64,000 bases of DNA from an uncultured Gemmatimonadales bacterium (GTDB lineage Bacteria; Gemmatimonadota; Gemmatimonadetes; Gemmatimonadales; GWC2-71-9): positions 1,184,001 to 1,248,000 of the forward strand of contig CAVZZO010000003.1 in the NCBI GenBank assembly GCA_963779755.1, in the 5' to 3' direction. Below the pieces are notes generated by a model. The model saw only the letters and a list, made by a program, of their open reading frames with translations, had not been told where the DNA came from and searched no databases. Shown piece by piece: positions 32,177 through 40,412 of this stretch. Positions within the stretch are counted from its first letter, which is position 1. Each line of letters opens with the position of its first letter. The translations under genes and the position numbers were made by a program.

Positions 32177-33040
32177 ATGGACGTCTACCCTTTCATAATC
32201 CATCTGGGTCCCCTGGAGATTACCGGCTACGGGATCATGATGATGGTCGGGTTCCTGATGGGCGGCTGGCTCATCGGGCTCGAACTCAAACGCCGCGGGC
32301 TGCGGGAAGATTACGCCGCGGACATCACCGTGGCTGCCGTCATCGGCGGCGTCATCGGCGCCAAGCTCTGGTACGTCGCCCTGACCGGCGATCCGGGCGC
32401 GCTGTTCTCCCGGGGCGGACTGGTCTGGTATGGAGGCCTCATCGGGGGCGCGGCAGCGGTCGCCATCAACGGCTGGCGCCTCCGGGTACCCACCCGGTGG
32501 ACCATGCACCTGGTGGCGCCCGCCCTGGCGGCGGCCTACGCCCTGGGACGGGTGGGGTGTTTCCTGGTGAACGACGACTACGGCCGCCCCACCTCCCTTC
32601 CCTGGGGCGTCAAGTTCCGGCAGGGGCTCCCCCCCTCCACCGCGGAGAACCTGCACAGCCTCTTCCGGGTGCCCATTCCGCCCGGCGTCGACCCGAATAC
32701 GGTCCTGGCCGTGCACCCCACCCAGCTCTATGAAGTCGCCGCCATGCTGGTGGTATTCGCCGTGCTCTGGAAACTGCGCCGCAAGGCCTGGGGCATCGGC
32801 GCGCTGTTCGGCGTCTACCTCATGCTGGCCGGGCTGGAGCGGTTCCTGGTGGAGTTCGTCCGTGCCAAGGACGACCGCTTCCTGGGGCCCTTTACGATCG
32901 CTCAGCTTACCAGCGTGCTGCTGGTGATCGCAGGGGTGGCACTCTGGAGCTGGCTGCGGAGCCAGCCCAGCCCCGGGCCCGGGACCTACTTGACCCTGGA
33001 CAGTACTCAGTCGGCGTCAAAACCTGTGACAGTTCCGTAA
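32177..33040 (+). CDS. lgt: Prolipoprotein diacylglyceryl transferase
   Basis: GGLVWYGG, LGRVGCFL, HPTQLYE, RFLVEF. Confidence 0.95.
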   Translation: MDVYPFIIHLGPLEITGYGIMMMVGFLMGGWLIGLELKRRGLREDYAADITVAAVIGGVIGAKLWYVALTGDPGALFSRGGLVWYGGLIGGAAAVAINGWRLRVPTRWTMHLVAPALAAAYALGRVGCFLVNDDYGRPTSLPWGVKFRQGLPPSTAENLHSLFRVPIPPGVDPNTVLAVHPTQLYEVAAMLVVFAVLWKLRRKAWGIGALFGVYLMLAGLERFLVEFVRAKDDRFLGPFTIAQLTSVLLVIAGVALWSWLRSQPSPGPGTYLTLDSTQSASKPVTVP

Positions 33041-33122
33041 GTCGTTTCAAGGCATTCTGTTAACTCATTGGATGCTTCGTCTGTACAAATCCTGAACAGT
33101 TGCCGGACTCGACCGGTAATCG

Positions 33123-33135
33123 CAAGTCGTTGATC
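33123..33135 (-). promoter_or_regulatory. IHF-like site
   Basis: Minus strand GATCAACGACTTG vs consensus WATCAANNNNTTR (1 mismatch), just upstream of the sigma54 motif. Confidence 0.5.
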
Positions 33136-33162
33136 GACAGTTTCTTACGAAGCCTGGCCTGG

Positions 33163-33177
33163 TGGCACCGACCTTGC
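33163..33177 (+). promoter_or_regulatory. Sigma54 (-24/-12) promoter
   Basis: TGGCACCGACCTTGC, near-consensus TGGCAC-N5-TTGC. Confidence 0.75.
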
Positions 33178-33187
33178 CCTTACGATT

Positions 33188-33336
33188 CCCCGGATGCCGG
33201 GCCCCCTGGCCCGGCCAGGAAAGTGGCAGGTCGAAGAAGAGTGGAGCGGACACTGGGGTCCGTTTCCGATATGACTCAGGGGGCGGCCTGTCACCCCTCA
33301 TGCGAAAGGGCCTGCGCGAAATGCGCAGGCCCTTTT
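33188..33336 (+). ncRNA. Candidate sigma54-dependent small RNA (~150 nt)
   Basis: Between sigma54 promoter and intrinsic terminator; no convincing ORF; internal hairpins; ends inferred. Confidence 0.5.
33305..33336 (+). terminator. Intrinsic terminator (possibly bidirectional)
   Basis: AAAGGGCCTGCGC-GAAAT-GCGCAGGCCCTTTT. Confidence 0.85.
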
Positions 33337-33358
33337 GCCTGCCGGCACCCGAACCCTC

Positions 33359-35473
33359 TCAGGACTTGCGGCTCCCCAGTCGAGACCGCAGGCGCTCGAT
33401 CTCGGCGCGCAATTCGGCCAGGTCGGCATCCATCCGTTCCAGGGAGCGGATGAGGTCCCGCTCATCGCCCGGCGCGGCCGGCGTGGACTGGCCCACCGAG
33501 GTCCCCGGCCCGGGCTCCGGCACCATCTGGCTCGTTACCCGCAGCCGCCGCGGCTCGACGACGAAGGTCCACGCCAGCGCCGCCAGCAGGAGCAGCAGGA
33601 GCAAGCCCTGGGCGCTCAGGCTTTCTACGGTCGGATAGATGCCGAGCGAGGGAATCCGCGGCGCCCAGGAGACGTAGGTCGAGCTGACCAGGCCGCCCTC
33701 CTGCAGCTCGGCGATGCCCTTGCCGCTGAAGACGAAAGCCATGTAGTAGAGGAAGGCGCTGGTCACCGCAAAGAAGGGCCGCAGGGGCAACCGCACCCCG
33801 AATCGGTTGATGGCGATGTAGACCACGACCAGGATGACGAACCCTGCGAGAATTCCCGCCAGCACCGGCATCACCGGATTGCCCGAGCCCCCGGCCAGCA
33901 GCAGCGCCTTGTAGAACAGCACCGTCTCGAAGCCTTCGCGGTACACCGCCAGAAAGGCCACCGATGCCAGCGCCAGGGCCGAGCCGCTGGTGAGCGCATC
34001 GGTCACCTTGCTCTTCACGAAGCGGTTCCACTTGGCCACCTCCATCTTGGACAGCAGCCAGTAGCTGACGTAGAACAGCATGGCCGCCGCCACAGCCATG
34101 GTGATGCCCTCCAGCGCCTCCCGCCGCCCGGGAGAGATGGTGAGCACCGTCTCCAGCAGCACCGCCGTAATCAGGCTGGCGCCGATGGCCGCCACCACGC
34201 CGATGTGCACGTCGCGCCGGCGCTGGGGCGCGCCCATCTTCACCACCATCGCCACCAGCGCGCCGATGATGAGAATGGCTTCGAGCCCTTCGCGCAGCAG
34301 GATGAAGAACGACTGGACGAACAGGTTCACCGGGGAGAGCCGGTCGGCGATGGTCCGCTCCGCTTCTTCCAGCCCGGTCCAGAGCCGGCTGCGCAGGCCG
34401 CTCAGCTCGCCGACGGTGGCACCGCCCGCGGCCCTGGTCCGGAAGGTCGCGAAGGAGCCCTCCAGGTCACTGGCCAGACCGGAGTTCTGAGCCCGCACCT
34501 GCGGCTCCACCCGTTCGAAGCTGAGATAGGCGTCGAAGGCGACGGCGCTGGCCTCCTCGCCCTTGCCCGCGCGCGCCAGGTCGAACGCCGAGTCCAGCTG
34601 GGAGCGCACCCGGCCAAAGACCTGGGCCGCCTCCTGGCCGGGGGTCCCCGCGACCTGGTAGCTCCGCACCGCGGCGACGTGCTGCAGCAGCGGCAGCGAG
34701 AGCGAATCGCCGCCCAGCGCGGAGGCGATCTCCCGGTCCGACATGCGGGCGCTGGTGGCGAAGGCACGGAGCGCCGGGGGGACGTCGCCCGCCGGCGGGG
34801 GAAGGCGCAGGAGCGTCGCGTAAACCGCTGCGGCCCAGCGGTCGTCCGCGGAGAGCGAGGACTCGAACGACGGCATGGCCGTCCCCGCCACACCAAGCGT
34901 GATCCGGCGGTAGAAGTCGAGCGGACTGCGGTCCGCCAGCGTGGCCGCATCGGAGAGATTGGGCGGCCGCGGCGTGAGGGAGGCCGCCTGCGGGCCGTCG
35001 CCGCGCCCCAGCGCGCCATGACAGCCGGCGCAGTTCTGCTGGAAAACCAGGGCCCCGCGTGACAGCGTGGGCACGACGGCGGGCAGTTCAGTCAGGGTCA
35101 CCCCCAGGCGCTGAGCCAGCGACTGGTTGAGCCGGTTCACCCGGGCGAGTACGCTGTCGGGCGAGCCGTGGGCGCTCATCAGCCCGGCCAGGGTATCGAG
35201 CGCGCTCCCCGTCGACCGGCTGACCTCCGGAGGAAGCAACCCCGCCGTGCGGCGGGCTTCCTCCAGAAAGAGCTTCGCCTCCTGTACTTCGGCGGGCGCG
35301 ATCACCTGGCCATCGTGCACCCCCAGCCGGTATTCCTGCGCCGCAAGACTCGTGGTGGCGGCGATCCGCCGGACCGTCGTCGCCTGCGCGTCCGCCGGGG
35401 CAGGACCCTGCTGCAGCGACATGACGGCCTGGATTGCGAGCAGACTCCGGAAGATCCCGCCGATGAGAATCAT
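33359..35473 (-). CDS. Cytochrome c / FTR1-family iron permease fusion
   Basis: CAGCH haem motif; REGLE and REGFE motifs in the TM domain. Confidence 0.92.
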   Translation of the reverse strand: MILIGGIFRSLLAIQAVMSLQQGPAPADAQATTVRRIAATTSLAAQEYRLGVHDGQVIAPAEVQEAKLFLEEARRTAGLLPPEVSRSTGSALDTLAGLMSAHGSPDSVLARVNRLNQSLAQRLGVTLTELPAVVPTLSRGALVFQQNCAGCHGALGRGDGPQAASLTPRPPNLSDAATLADRSPLDFYRRITLGVAGTAMPSFESSLSADDRWAAAVYATLLRLPPPAGDVPPALRAFATSARMSDREIASALGGDSLSLPLLQHVAAVRSYQVAGTPGQEAAQVFGRVRSQLDSAFDLARAGKGEEASAVAFDAYLSFERVEPQVRAQNSGLASDLEGSFATFRTRAAGGATVGELSGLRSRLWTGLEEAERTIADRLSPVNLFVQSFFILLREGLEAILIIGALVAMVVKMGAPQRRRDVHIGVVAAIGASLITAVLLETVLTISPGRREALEGITMAVAAAMLFYVSYWLLSKMEVAKWNRFVKSKVTDALTSGSALALASVAFLAVYREGFETVLFYKALLLAGGSGNPVMPVLAGILAGFVILVVVYIAINRFGVRLPLRPFFAVTSAFLYYMAFVFSGKGIAELQEGGLVSSTYVSWAPRIPSLGIYPTVESLSAQGLLLLLLLAALAWTFVVEPRRLRVTSQMVPEPGPGTSVGQSTPAAPGDERDLIRSLERMDADLAELRAEIERLRSRLGSRKS

Positions 35474-35478
35474 TCTCA
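35464..35478. promoter_or_regulatory. Fur-box-like 7-1-7 inverted repeat
   Basis: TGAGAAT-C-ATTCTCA overlapping the ATG of the iron permease. Confidence 0.75.
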
Positions 35479-35720
35479 CCCGTTCATTCAAAGGTACCGG
35501 AGAAACTAGAGTTTGATGGTCGGGATTGGAAGGGCGGCGGCGGCACCTCCCCCGCTCTCGCGGTCTGCCCGAGTCCCGGCACTGTCAAGAAAACGTGCGA
35601 CACGGGGGGCCTGGAGGGTGCCTCGCGCAGATTCGCTCAACATACACCCGGAGAACGACTTCTGACACGCTGCCGCGGCGGCTGCCGTCGGGATTTCACC
35701 CGGGGGCGCCGGGGCGGGGG

Positions 35721-35735
35721 TGGCACGCCTTCTGC
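35721..35735 (+). promoter_or_regulatory. Sigma54 (-24/-12) promoter of M23 peptidase gene
   Basis: TGGCACGCCTTCTGC (GG-N10-GC). Confidence 0.65.
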
Positions 35736-35774
35736 CCCTGCCCCATTGTGTTCAATCTCCCGATCGGATCTCCC

Positions 35775-36719
35775 GTGCGCCTGACCCGTCGTGCCGCCGT
35801 TTGCCGACTCACGCTCCTGCTCGCCGTGGCGCCCTTCCTGCGCCCGGCGGTACTGGCGGCGTCCGACGCGTGGACCACGCAGACCCTCCGGATTCAGGGC
35901 AGCTTCGCGCCCACGCTCTACGCCACCCTGGCCCAGGCGATCCCCGACAGCGTGCTGGGCGCGGAGGATCGCGACTACATGGCGTGGGAGATCGCCGACA
36001 TCTTTCGCTGGGAGGTGGACTTTACCCGCGATCTGCATCCCGGGGACACCTATCGCATAGTCTTCGAGCGGCTGCTGCTGCCCTTCGGGGAAGTGCGCTA
36101 CGGGCGGGTGCTGGCGGCGGAGCTGGTGCTGGGGCGCGACACGCTCACCGCCTATGAATTCGACGACAGCCGGGGGCGTACCGCCTTCTACGACGCGGCG
36201 GGCGAGAGCCTGCACCGCAGCTTCCTGCGGGTGCCGGTGGCGTTCAAGCGCATCTCCAGCGGCTTCAGCGCCGCACGCCTCCACCCGATCCTGCACCGCT
36301 GGCGCGCGCACCGCGGCATCGACTACGCCGCCAGCCGGGGCACGCCGGTCATGGCCGCGGGCGACGGGGTGGTCACCTTTGTGGGCAGTGCCGGCGGCTA
36401 CGGGAACATGGTCGAGCTGCGGCACGCCGATGGGATTACCACCCGCTACGGGCACCTGCAGCGCTTCGCGAAGAACCTCCGCGTGGGGCGGACCGTGTCG
36501 CAGGGGGACTGCATCGGCTATGTAGGATCCACCGGCCTCGCCACCGGGCCCCACCTGCATTTCGAGTTCCGGATCCACGGCAAGGCTTCCGACCCCCGCG
36601 TCCTCGCCCGGGAAGAGGGCGCTCCCATCGCGCCCGACAGCCGCGCGGCCTTCGCCAGCCAGGTGGACCGCCTCAATGAGATGCTGTACGTCCATGGACG
36701 GTCGCTGGCTTCCCGGTAG
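35775..36719 (+). CDS. M23 family metallopeptidase
   Basis: Signal peptide, HRGIDY (HXXXD), YGHL, TGPHLHFE (HXH); start approximate. Confidence 0.92.
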   Translation: MRLTRRAAVCRLTLLLAVAPFLRPAVLAASDAWTTQTLRIQGSFAPTLYATLAQAIPDSVLGAEDRDYMAWEIADIFRWEVDFTRDLHPGDTYRIVFERLLLPFGEVRYGRVLAAELVLGRDTLTAYEFDDSRGRTAFYDAAGESLHRSFLRVPVAFKRISSGFSAARLHPILHRWRAHRGIDYAASRGTPVMAAGDGVVTFVGSAGGYGNMVELRHADGITTRYGHLQRFAKNLRVGRTVSQGDCIGYVGSTGLATGPHLHFEFRIHGKASDPRVLAREEGAPIAPDSRAAFASQVDRLNEMLYVHGRSLASR

Positions 36720-36741
36720 GAATGGCCCACTCCGCCCACTC

Positions 36742-37128
36742 CTACTTCGTCACCGCGGCCACCGCTCCAGCGGTATGATCCGAATGACTGAGTGACAGGT
36801 GTATCTCGAGCGGCCCGAAGGTGCGGGCCAGCTCCTGAGCGCGGCCGTAGAGCGCCATCGTGGGCCGCCCTTCTTCGTTCCGTTCCACTTCCATGTCCTG
36901 CCAGCCGACGGCCCGCGCACCGGGAAGCGCCTGCAGCGCCTTGTACACCGCCTCCTTCGCGGCAATGCGGGCGGCGATGTTCTTGGCGGGATACGGCAGC
37001 CCGCTCACGTAGGCGCGCTCTCCCGGCCGCAGCAGCTTGCGCAGCACCCGTTCGTGTCCCTGCCGCTCGAGCATGCGCTCGATACGGATCACGTCGACCA
37101 GGTCGATACCGATGCCGATAAGGGGCAT
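36742..37128 (-). CDS. acpS: Holo-ACP synthase
   Basis: GIGIDLV, AARIAAKEAVYKAL, HLSLSHS. Confidence 0.93.
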   Translation of the reverse strand: MPLIGIGIDLVDVIRIERMLERQGHERVLRKLLRPGERAYVSGLPYPAKNIAARIAAKEAVYKALQALPGARAVGWQDMEVERNEEGRPTMALYGRAQELARTFGPLEIHLSLSHSDHTAGAVAAVTK

Positions 37129-37146
37129 GGGGTCTAGAGGTGCGCA

Positions 37147-37219
37147 CCTCTCGACCCCCTCGACCGCTTGAACGGGTCGAGAAGGTCGAGAAGGTCGAGG
37201 GGGTCGAGGGAGTCGAGGG
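37147..37219. repeat. Inverted nonamer arrays (CCCTCGACC x2 / GGTCGAGRR x5)
   Basis: Read directly; hairpin-forming. Confidence 0.85.
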
Positions 37220-37234
37220 ACCCGGGGATTCGAT

Positions 37235-37996
37235 TCATGCCGCTCGCGTCCACCACCATTCCGCCAGCGGGCGGAGCCAGGCCGGGACCGGCAGGTAGCC
37301 GCCAAGCACCAGTCCCAGGCCCAGAGCGGCAAGCAATACCAGTGTGGTGATCACCCAGAGCAGGCGGCGCGGCCGCCGCCAGGCCCGCGCCCGCTCGACC
37401 ACCACCCGCCACTGGCTCCATTCCCGGTCGGCGGCTTCCTCCAATGCACGCCAGGCGGTTTCCGTCTTGCGCGCGGCCGCCAGCAGCGACTCGGCCCAGT
37501 GCCGCCGGGCCTCGGGCGATGCCCGTTCCTTCCGCAGCGGCGCCGCGGCCTCTTCCAGCGCGGCCAGCGCATCCACCAGGGGGCCGGCCCCGGCGCCGAG
37601 CTGGGCGGAGAGGGCAAGCCGCTCCGGGCCGCTCAGCGGCAGCCGCTCCGCCAGCCGTTTCGGCAACCGCGACTCGCGGGCGGCGGCCGCCAGTTCCGCC
37701 TCGAGTCCTTCGGTCAGGATAGCGGCGGACTGCTGCAGCGCGGCATCCCAGGCGCCCCGCCAGGCGGCTGCGCCGAGGGCATCCACCGTGGCCTGGCGGT
37801 CGCCCGCCCCGCTCCAGCGCCTGGCATCGCCGGCCAGCTCGATCAGGGCCCCCATCAGCGCGAGCCGGGGCTCATCGAGCACCGGGCGTCCGCCGGCCTC
37901 CCGGCCGGCGCCTCCGGCGGGCCGCACCAGCACCCCCAGCGAGGGACCCAGCTCGGGCACCGGCAGCACGGTGGTGGAGGCCAGGCCCACGCTCAC
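37235..37996 (-). CDS. Hypothetical protein with C-terminal TM helix
   Basis: GTGA overlap with upstream CYTH gene; helical Ala-rich body, C-terminal hydrophobic segment. Confidence 0.7.
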   Translation of the reverse strand: MSVGLASTTVLPVPELGPSLGVLVRPAGGAGREAGGRPVLDEPRLALMGALIELAGDARRWSGAGDRQATVDALGAAAWRGAWDAALQQSAAILTEGLEAELAAAARESRLPKRLAERLPLSGPERLALSAQLGAGAGPLVDALAALEEAAAPLRKERASPEARRHWAESLLAAARKTETAWRALEEAADREWSQWRVVVERARAWRRPRRLLWVITTLVLLAALGLGLVLGGYLPVPAWLRPLAEWWWTRAA

Positions 37997-38559
37997 TCCT
38001 CCCCCATGGCGATCCGGGCGGCCTGACCGGTCCGCGCCTCGAAGCGCTGCACGAACTCGGGCAGTGCTTCGGGCAGAAACTGGGCGCGGGGGATACCGGT
38101 CAGCGAAACCACCCGCTCGATGCCCTGCGGTGGCCCTTCGATTTCCACCAGGACATCCATGCGGGGATACCACTCGATGCGGACGCTGGTGTCGCCGGCG
38201 CGATAGGTTTCGATATGGCGGTCGATCGCCTGCACCACCCGGTAGCCCAGTGCCTCGAGCAGGGGCCCGGGCGCGTGGTCTCCCGCCAGATCGTATTCCA
38301 GCTCCTGCCGCAGTTTGTAGCCGTCGCTCACACCGGTCCGGCCTTTCCAGGCCAGCTGCACCCGGCGCGCGCCGGAGCCGGCCGTCTGGTAGACGCGGGT
38401 GCGCAGGACTTCGTCGCGCGCCAGCAGCTCGCCGTCGCGATCGTACCGGCGGTCCTGCAGGAGCCCGGCGAATTCCGGCCGCAGTCCCGCCTCGCGCAAC
38501 CGGCCCTGGAGGGCCTCGACATCGGGAACGACCGCTTTCAGCTCGAGCTCGTCCGGCAT
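37993..38559 (-). CDS. CYTH-domain protein (class IV adenylate cyclase / triphosphatase family)
   Basis: ELELKA (EXEXK), QDRRYD, LRTR, VEIEG. Confidence 0.88.
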   Translation of the reverse strand: MPDELELKAVVPDVEALQGRLREAGLRPEFAGLLQDRRYDRDGELLARDEVLRTRVYQTAGSGARRVQLAWKGRTGVSDGYKLRQELEYDLAGDHAPGPLLEALGYRVVQAIDRHIETYRAGDTSVRIEWYPRMDVLVEIEGPPQGIERVVSLTGIPRAQFLPEALPEFVQRFEARTGQAARIAMGEE

Positions 38560-38566
38560 ACGGCTG

Positions 38567-38594
38567 GGTCGAAGGTCAAAGGTCGGAGGTCAAG
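38567..38594. repeat. Heptamer array (GGTCGAA-like) x4
   Basis: Reverse complement family of CGACCTT at 11223. Confidence 0.7.
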
Positions 38595-38639
38595 CGTCCC
38601 GTCTTGGCCGTGTGGCCTGGGTTCGGATACCATGCGCCT

Positions 38640-39344
38640 TCAGTCCTCCAATATCGCCCGCAGGACCGCTCCGGTATCGGTCAGATCCTGGAAGACCGCA
38701 TAGGCGCCGGCCTCCCGCAGATCATCAACGGTATATGACCCGGTGGCCACGGCCACCGCGCGGGCCTGGACGCAGCGCCCGCAGGTAACGTCGGCCGGCG
38801 TGTCTCCCAGGATGATGACTTCCGCCCCCGCCGGTTCGCGGCCGAACCAGGAAGCGGCGCGCTGCACGGCGATGGGCGGAAGATCGGGCCGGTGCGCCGC
38901 GTCGGACCCGTAGGCTCCCACCTGGAAGCGTGCCGGATCGATGCCGGCGGCGCGCAGCTTGAGCGCCGCGCCGGCCTGCAGATTGCCGGTCAGCAGACCC
39001 AGCAGCACGCCGCGTTCCTCTTCCAGCCGGTCCAGCAGGTCGGCCACGCCGGGCAGCATCCGGCTCAGATGGCCGGTACGCGCCAGCTCCGCCTCCAGCA
39101 GCGCCACGTAGGCCTGGCACAACTCCGCGATGCGGCCCGCCTCCGGCGGCTCGCTGTGCCCCGCCTCGGCGAACAGTTCGGCCAGGATCTGGGGATCGGT
39201 CTTGCCGTCGAACCGCACCCGGTCGAAGGCGCCGGCGTCGCCCAGCTGTTCCCCGAGCGCCGTCACGATGGCGCGCCGCCCGGCGCCGCCGCTGTGCAGC
39301 AGGGTGCCGTCGATATCGAAAAGCACCAGGCGGGACTTCCGCAT
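38640..39344 (-). CDS. HAD-family hydrolase
   Basis: FDIDGTL motif I, LTGN, LGDTPADV. Confidence 0.92.
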   Translation of the reverse strand: MRKSRLVLFDIDGTLLHSGGAGRRAIVTALGEQLGDAGAFDRVRFDGKTDPQILAELFAEAGHSEPPEAGRIAELCQAYVALLEAELARTGHLSRMLPGVADLLDRLEEERGVLLGLLTGNLQAGAALKLRAAGIDPARFQVGAYGSDAAHRPDLPPIAVQRAASWFGREPAGAEVIILGDTPADVTCGRCVQARAVAVATGSYTVDDLREAGAYAVFQDLTDTGAVLRAILED

Positions 39345-39348
39345 GCCG

Positions 39349-40137
39349 CTACTCTCCCACCCGCCGCACCGCCACCAGCCGCGCCATCAGCTGCTCCGCG
39401 CGCGATCCCGGCCCACGCGGTTCCCGCACGAAGCCGCCGCAGGAGAGGGTGGAATGCACCAGGGTGTCGTCCGGCCCGGCGAGCGCGACATGGGTGATCC
39501 GGACGCCCCCTTCGCTGAAGAAGAAAAGATCGCCGGGGACGGCGCCCCCGGGACCCACTTCGGCGCCGCAGGCAGCCTGCTGCGAGGCGTCCCGCGGGAG
39601 CGCGATGCCGCGCATGGCGAAGGTGGTCTGGACCAGGCCGGAGCAGTCGACGCCCGCGGGGGTCAGGCCACCCCACAGGTACGGCGCGCCGCCGTAATAG
39701 CGCTCGGCCCAGTCCCACACGGTGAGCGCCAGCGCCTCGGCGCGGGCGCGCTCGCGGGTAACGATGCGGCCGGAGGCGATTGCCGCGCGCATCCCGCCGG
39801 CCAGCAGAACCTCTTCCCCTTCCAGCGCGACCCGGGCGCCGAGCGGCAGGGCAAACCGGGAGCCCCGGCCGACCAGTACCACGCCGAGGCTTACCGAGGT
39901 CGCCTGCTGCCGCCAGCGCTCCATCGCGGCGGCATCGACCTCATGGAGGTAGCCCCGGTGCACCCACCCTTCATAGCCGTCGCCATCGAGCGCCACCCGG
40001 CACCATTCGCCCTCGCGCTCCAGCACCCGGCCGGTGTGTCCGGCGAGCAGCTGCGTCACCTGCTCGGAGCGGATGTCGGCGGCGTGCAGCACCGGAGCCA
40101 CGGCGGAACGGCCGATGCAATGCAGGGCGGGAGACAT
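39349..40137 (-). CDS. NlpC/P60 (C40) peptidase with SH3-like N-terminus
   Basis: DGYEGWV, PYLWGG, VDCSGLVQ, PRDASQQ, ITHVAL. Confidence 0.9.
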   Translation of the reverse strand: MSPALHCIGRSAVAPVLHAADIRSEQVTQLLAGHTGRVLEREGEWCRVALDGDGYEGWVHRGYLHEVDAAAMERWRQQATSVSLGVVLVGRGSRFALPLGARVALEGEEVLLAGGMRAAIASGRIVTRERARAEALALTVWDWAERYYGGAPYLWGGLTPAGVDCSGLVQTTFAMRGIALPRDASQQAACGAEVGPGGAVPGDLFFFSEGGVRITHVALAGPDDTLVHSTLSCGGFVREPRGPGSRAEQLMARLVAVRRVGE

Positions 40138-40240
40138 AGAAAACGGAGAGAGAGAAAAAAGAGAAAAGAGAAAAGGGAAAGGTGAAAAGGGGAACAGGGA
40201 ATGGGCTATTCCCCCGTCCCGGGTCCCGGTTCCCCGGCCC
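40138..40240. repeat. Purine-rich heptamer array (GAGAAAA/GGGAAnA) with complementary arm
   Basis: Read directly; right arm overlaps the 3' end of the 8-Cys ORF. Confidence 0.6.
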
Positions 40241-40409
40241 CTGGCGGGTTCAGGCGCTCACTGCACTCCCGGCACAGGGTGACCCCGCGGAAGGTGCACA
40301 CGAGGCAGATGAACGTCCCGCAATTGGTGCAGGGATAGCCCTCGGATGCGCGCTCTTCGCGCCCGCAGGCGCGGCAGATCATGGCGTCGTGTTCGTGCAG
40401 TTCAGGCAT
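40206..40409 (-). CDS. 67-aa protein with four CxxC motifs (putative binuclear zinc finger)
   Basis: CRAC, CTNC, CLVC, CREC; ATG 3 nt after the activator stop. Confidence 0.8.
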   Translation of the reverse strand: MPELHEHDAMICRACGREERASEGYPCTNCGTFICLVCTFRGVTLCRECSERLNPPGAGEPGPGTGE

Positions 40410-40412
40410 GGC

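Noticed and set aside
35474..35491. TTG start at 35491 for the FTR1 gene
   Set aside because: Overlaps the likely -10 hexamer; ATG at 35473 is preferred.
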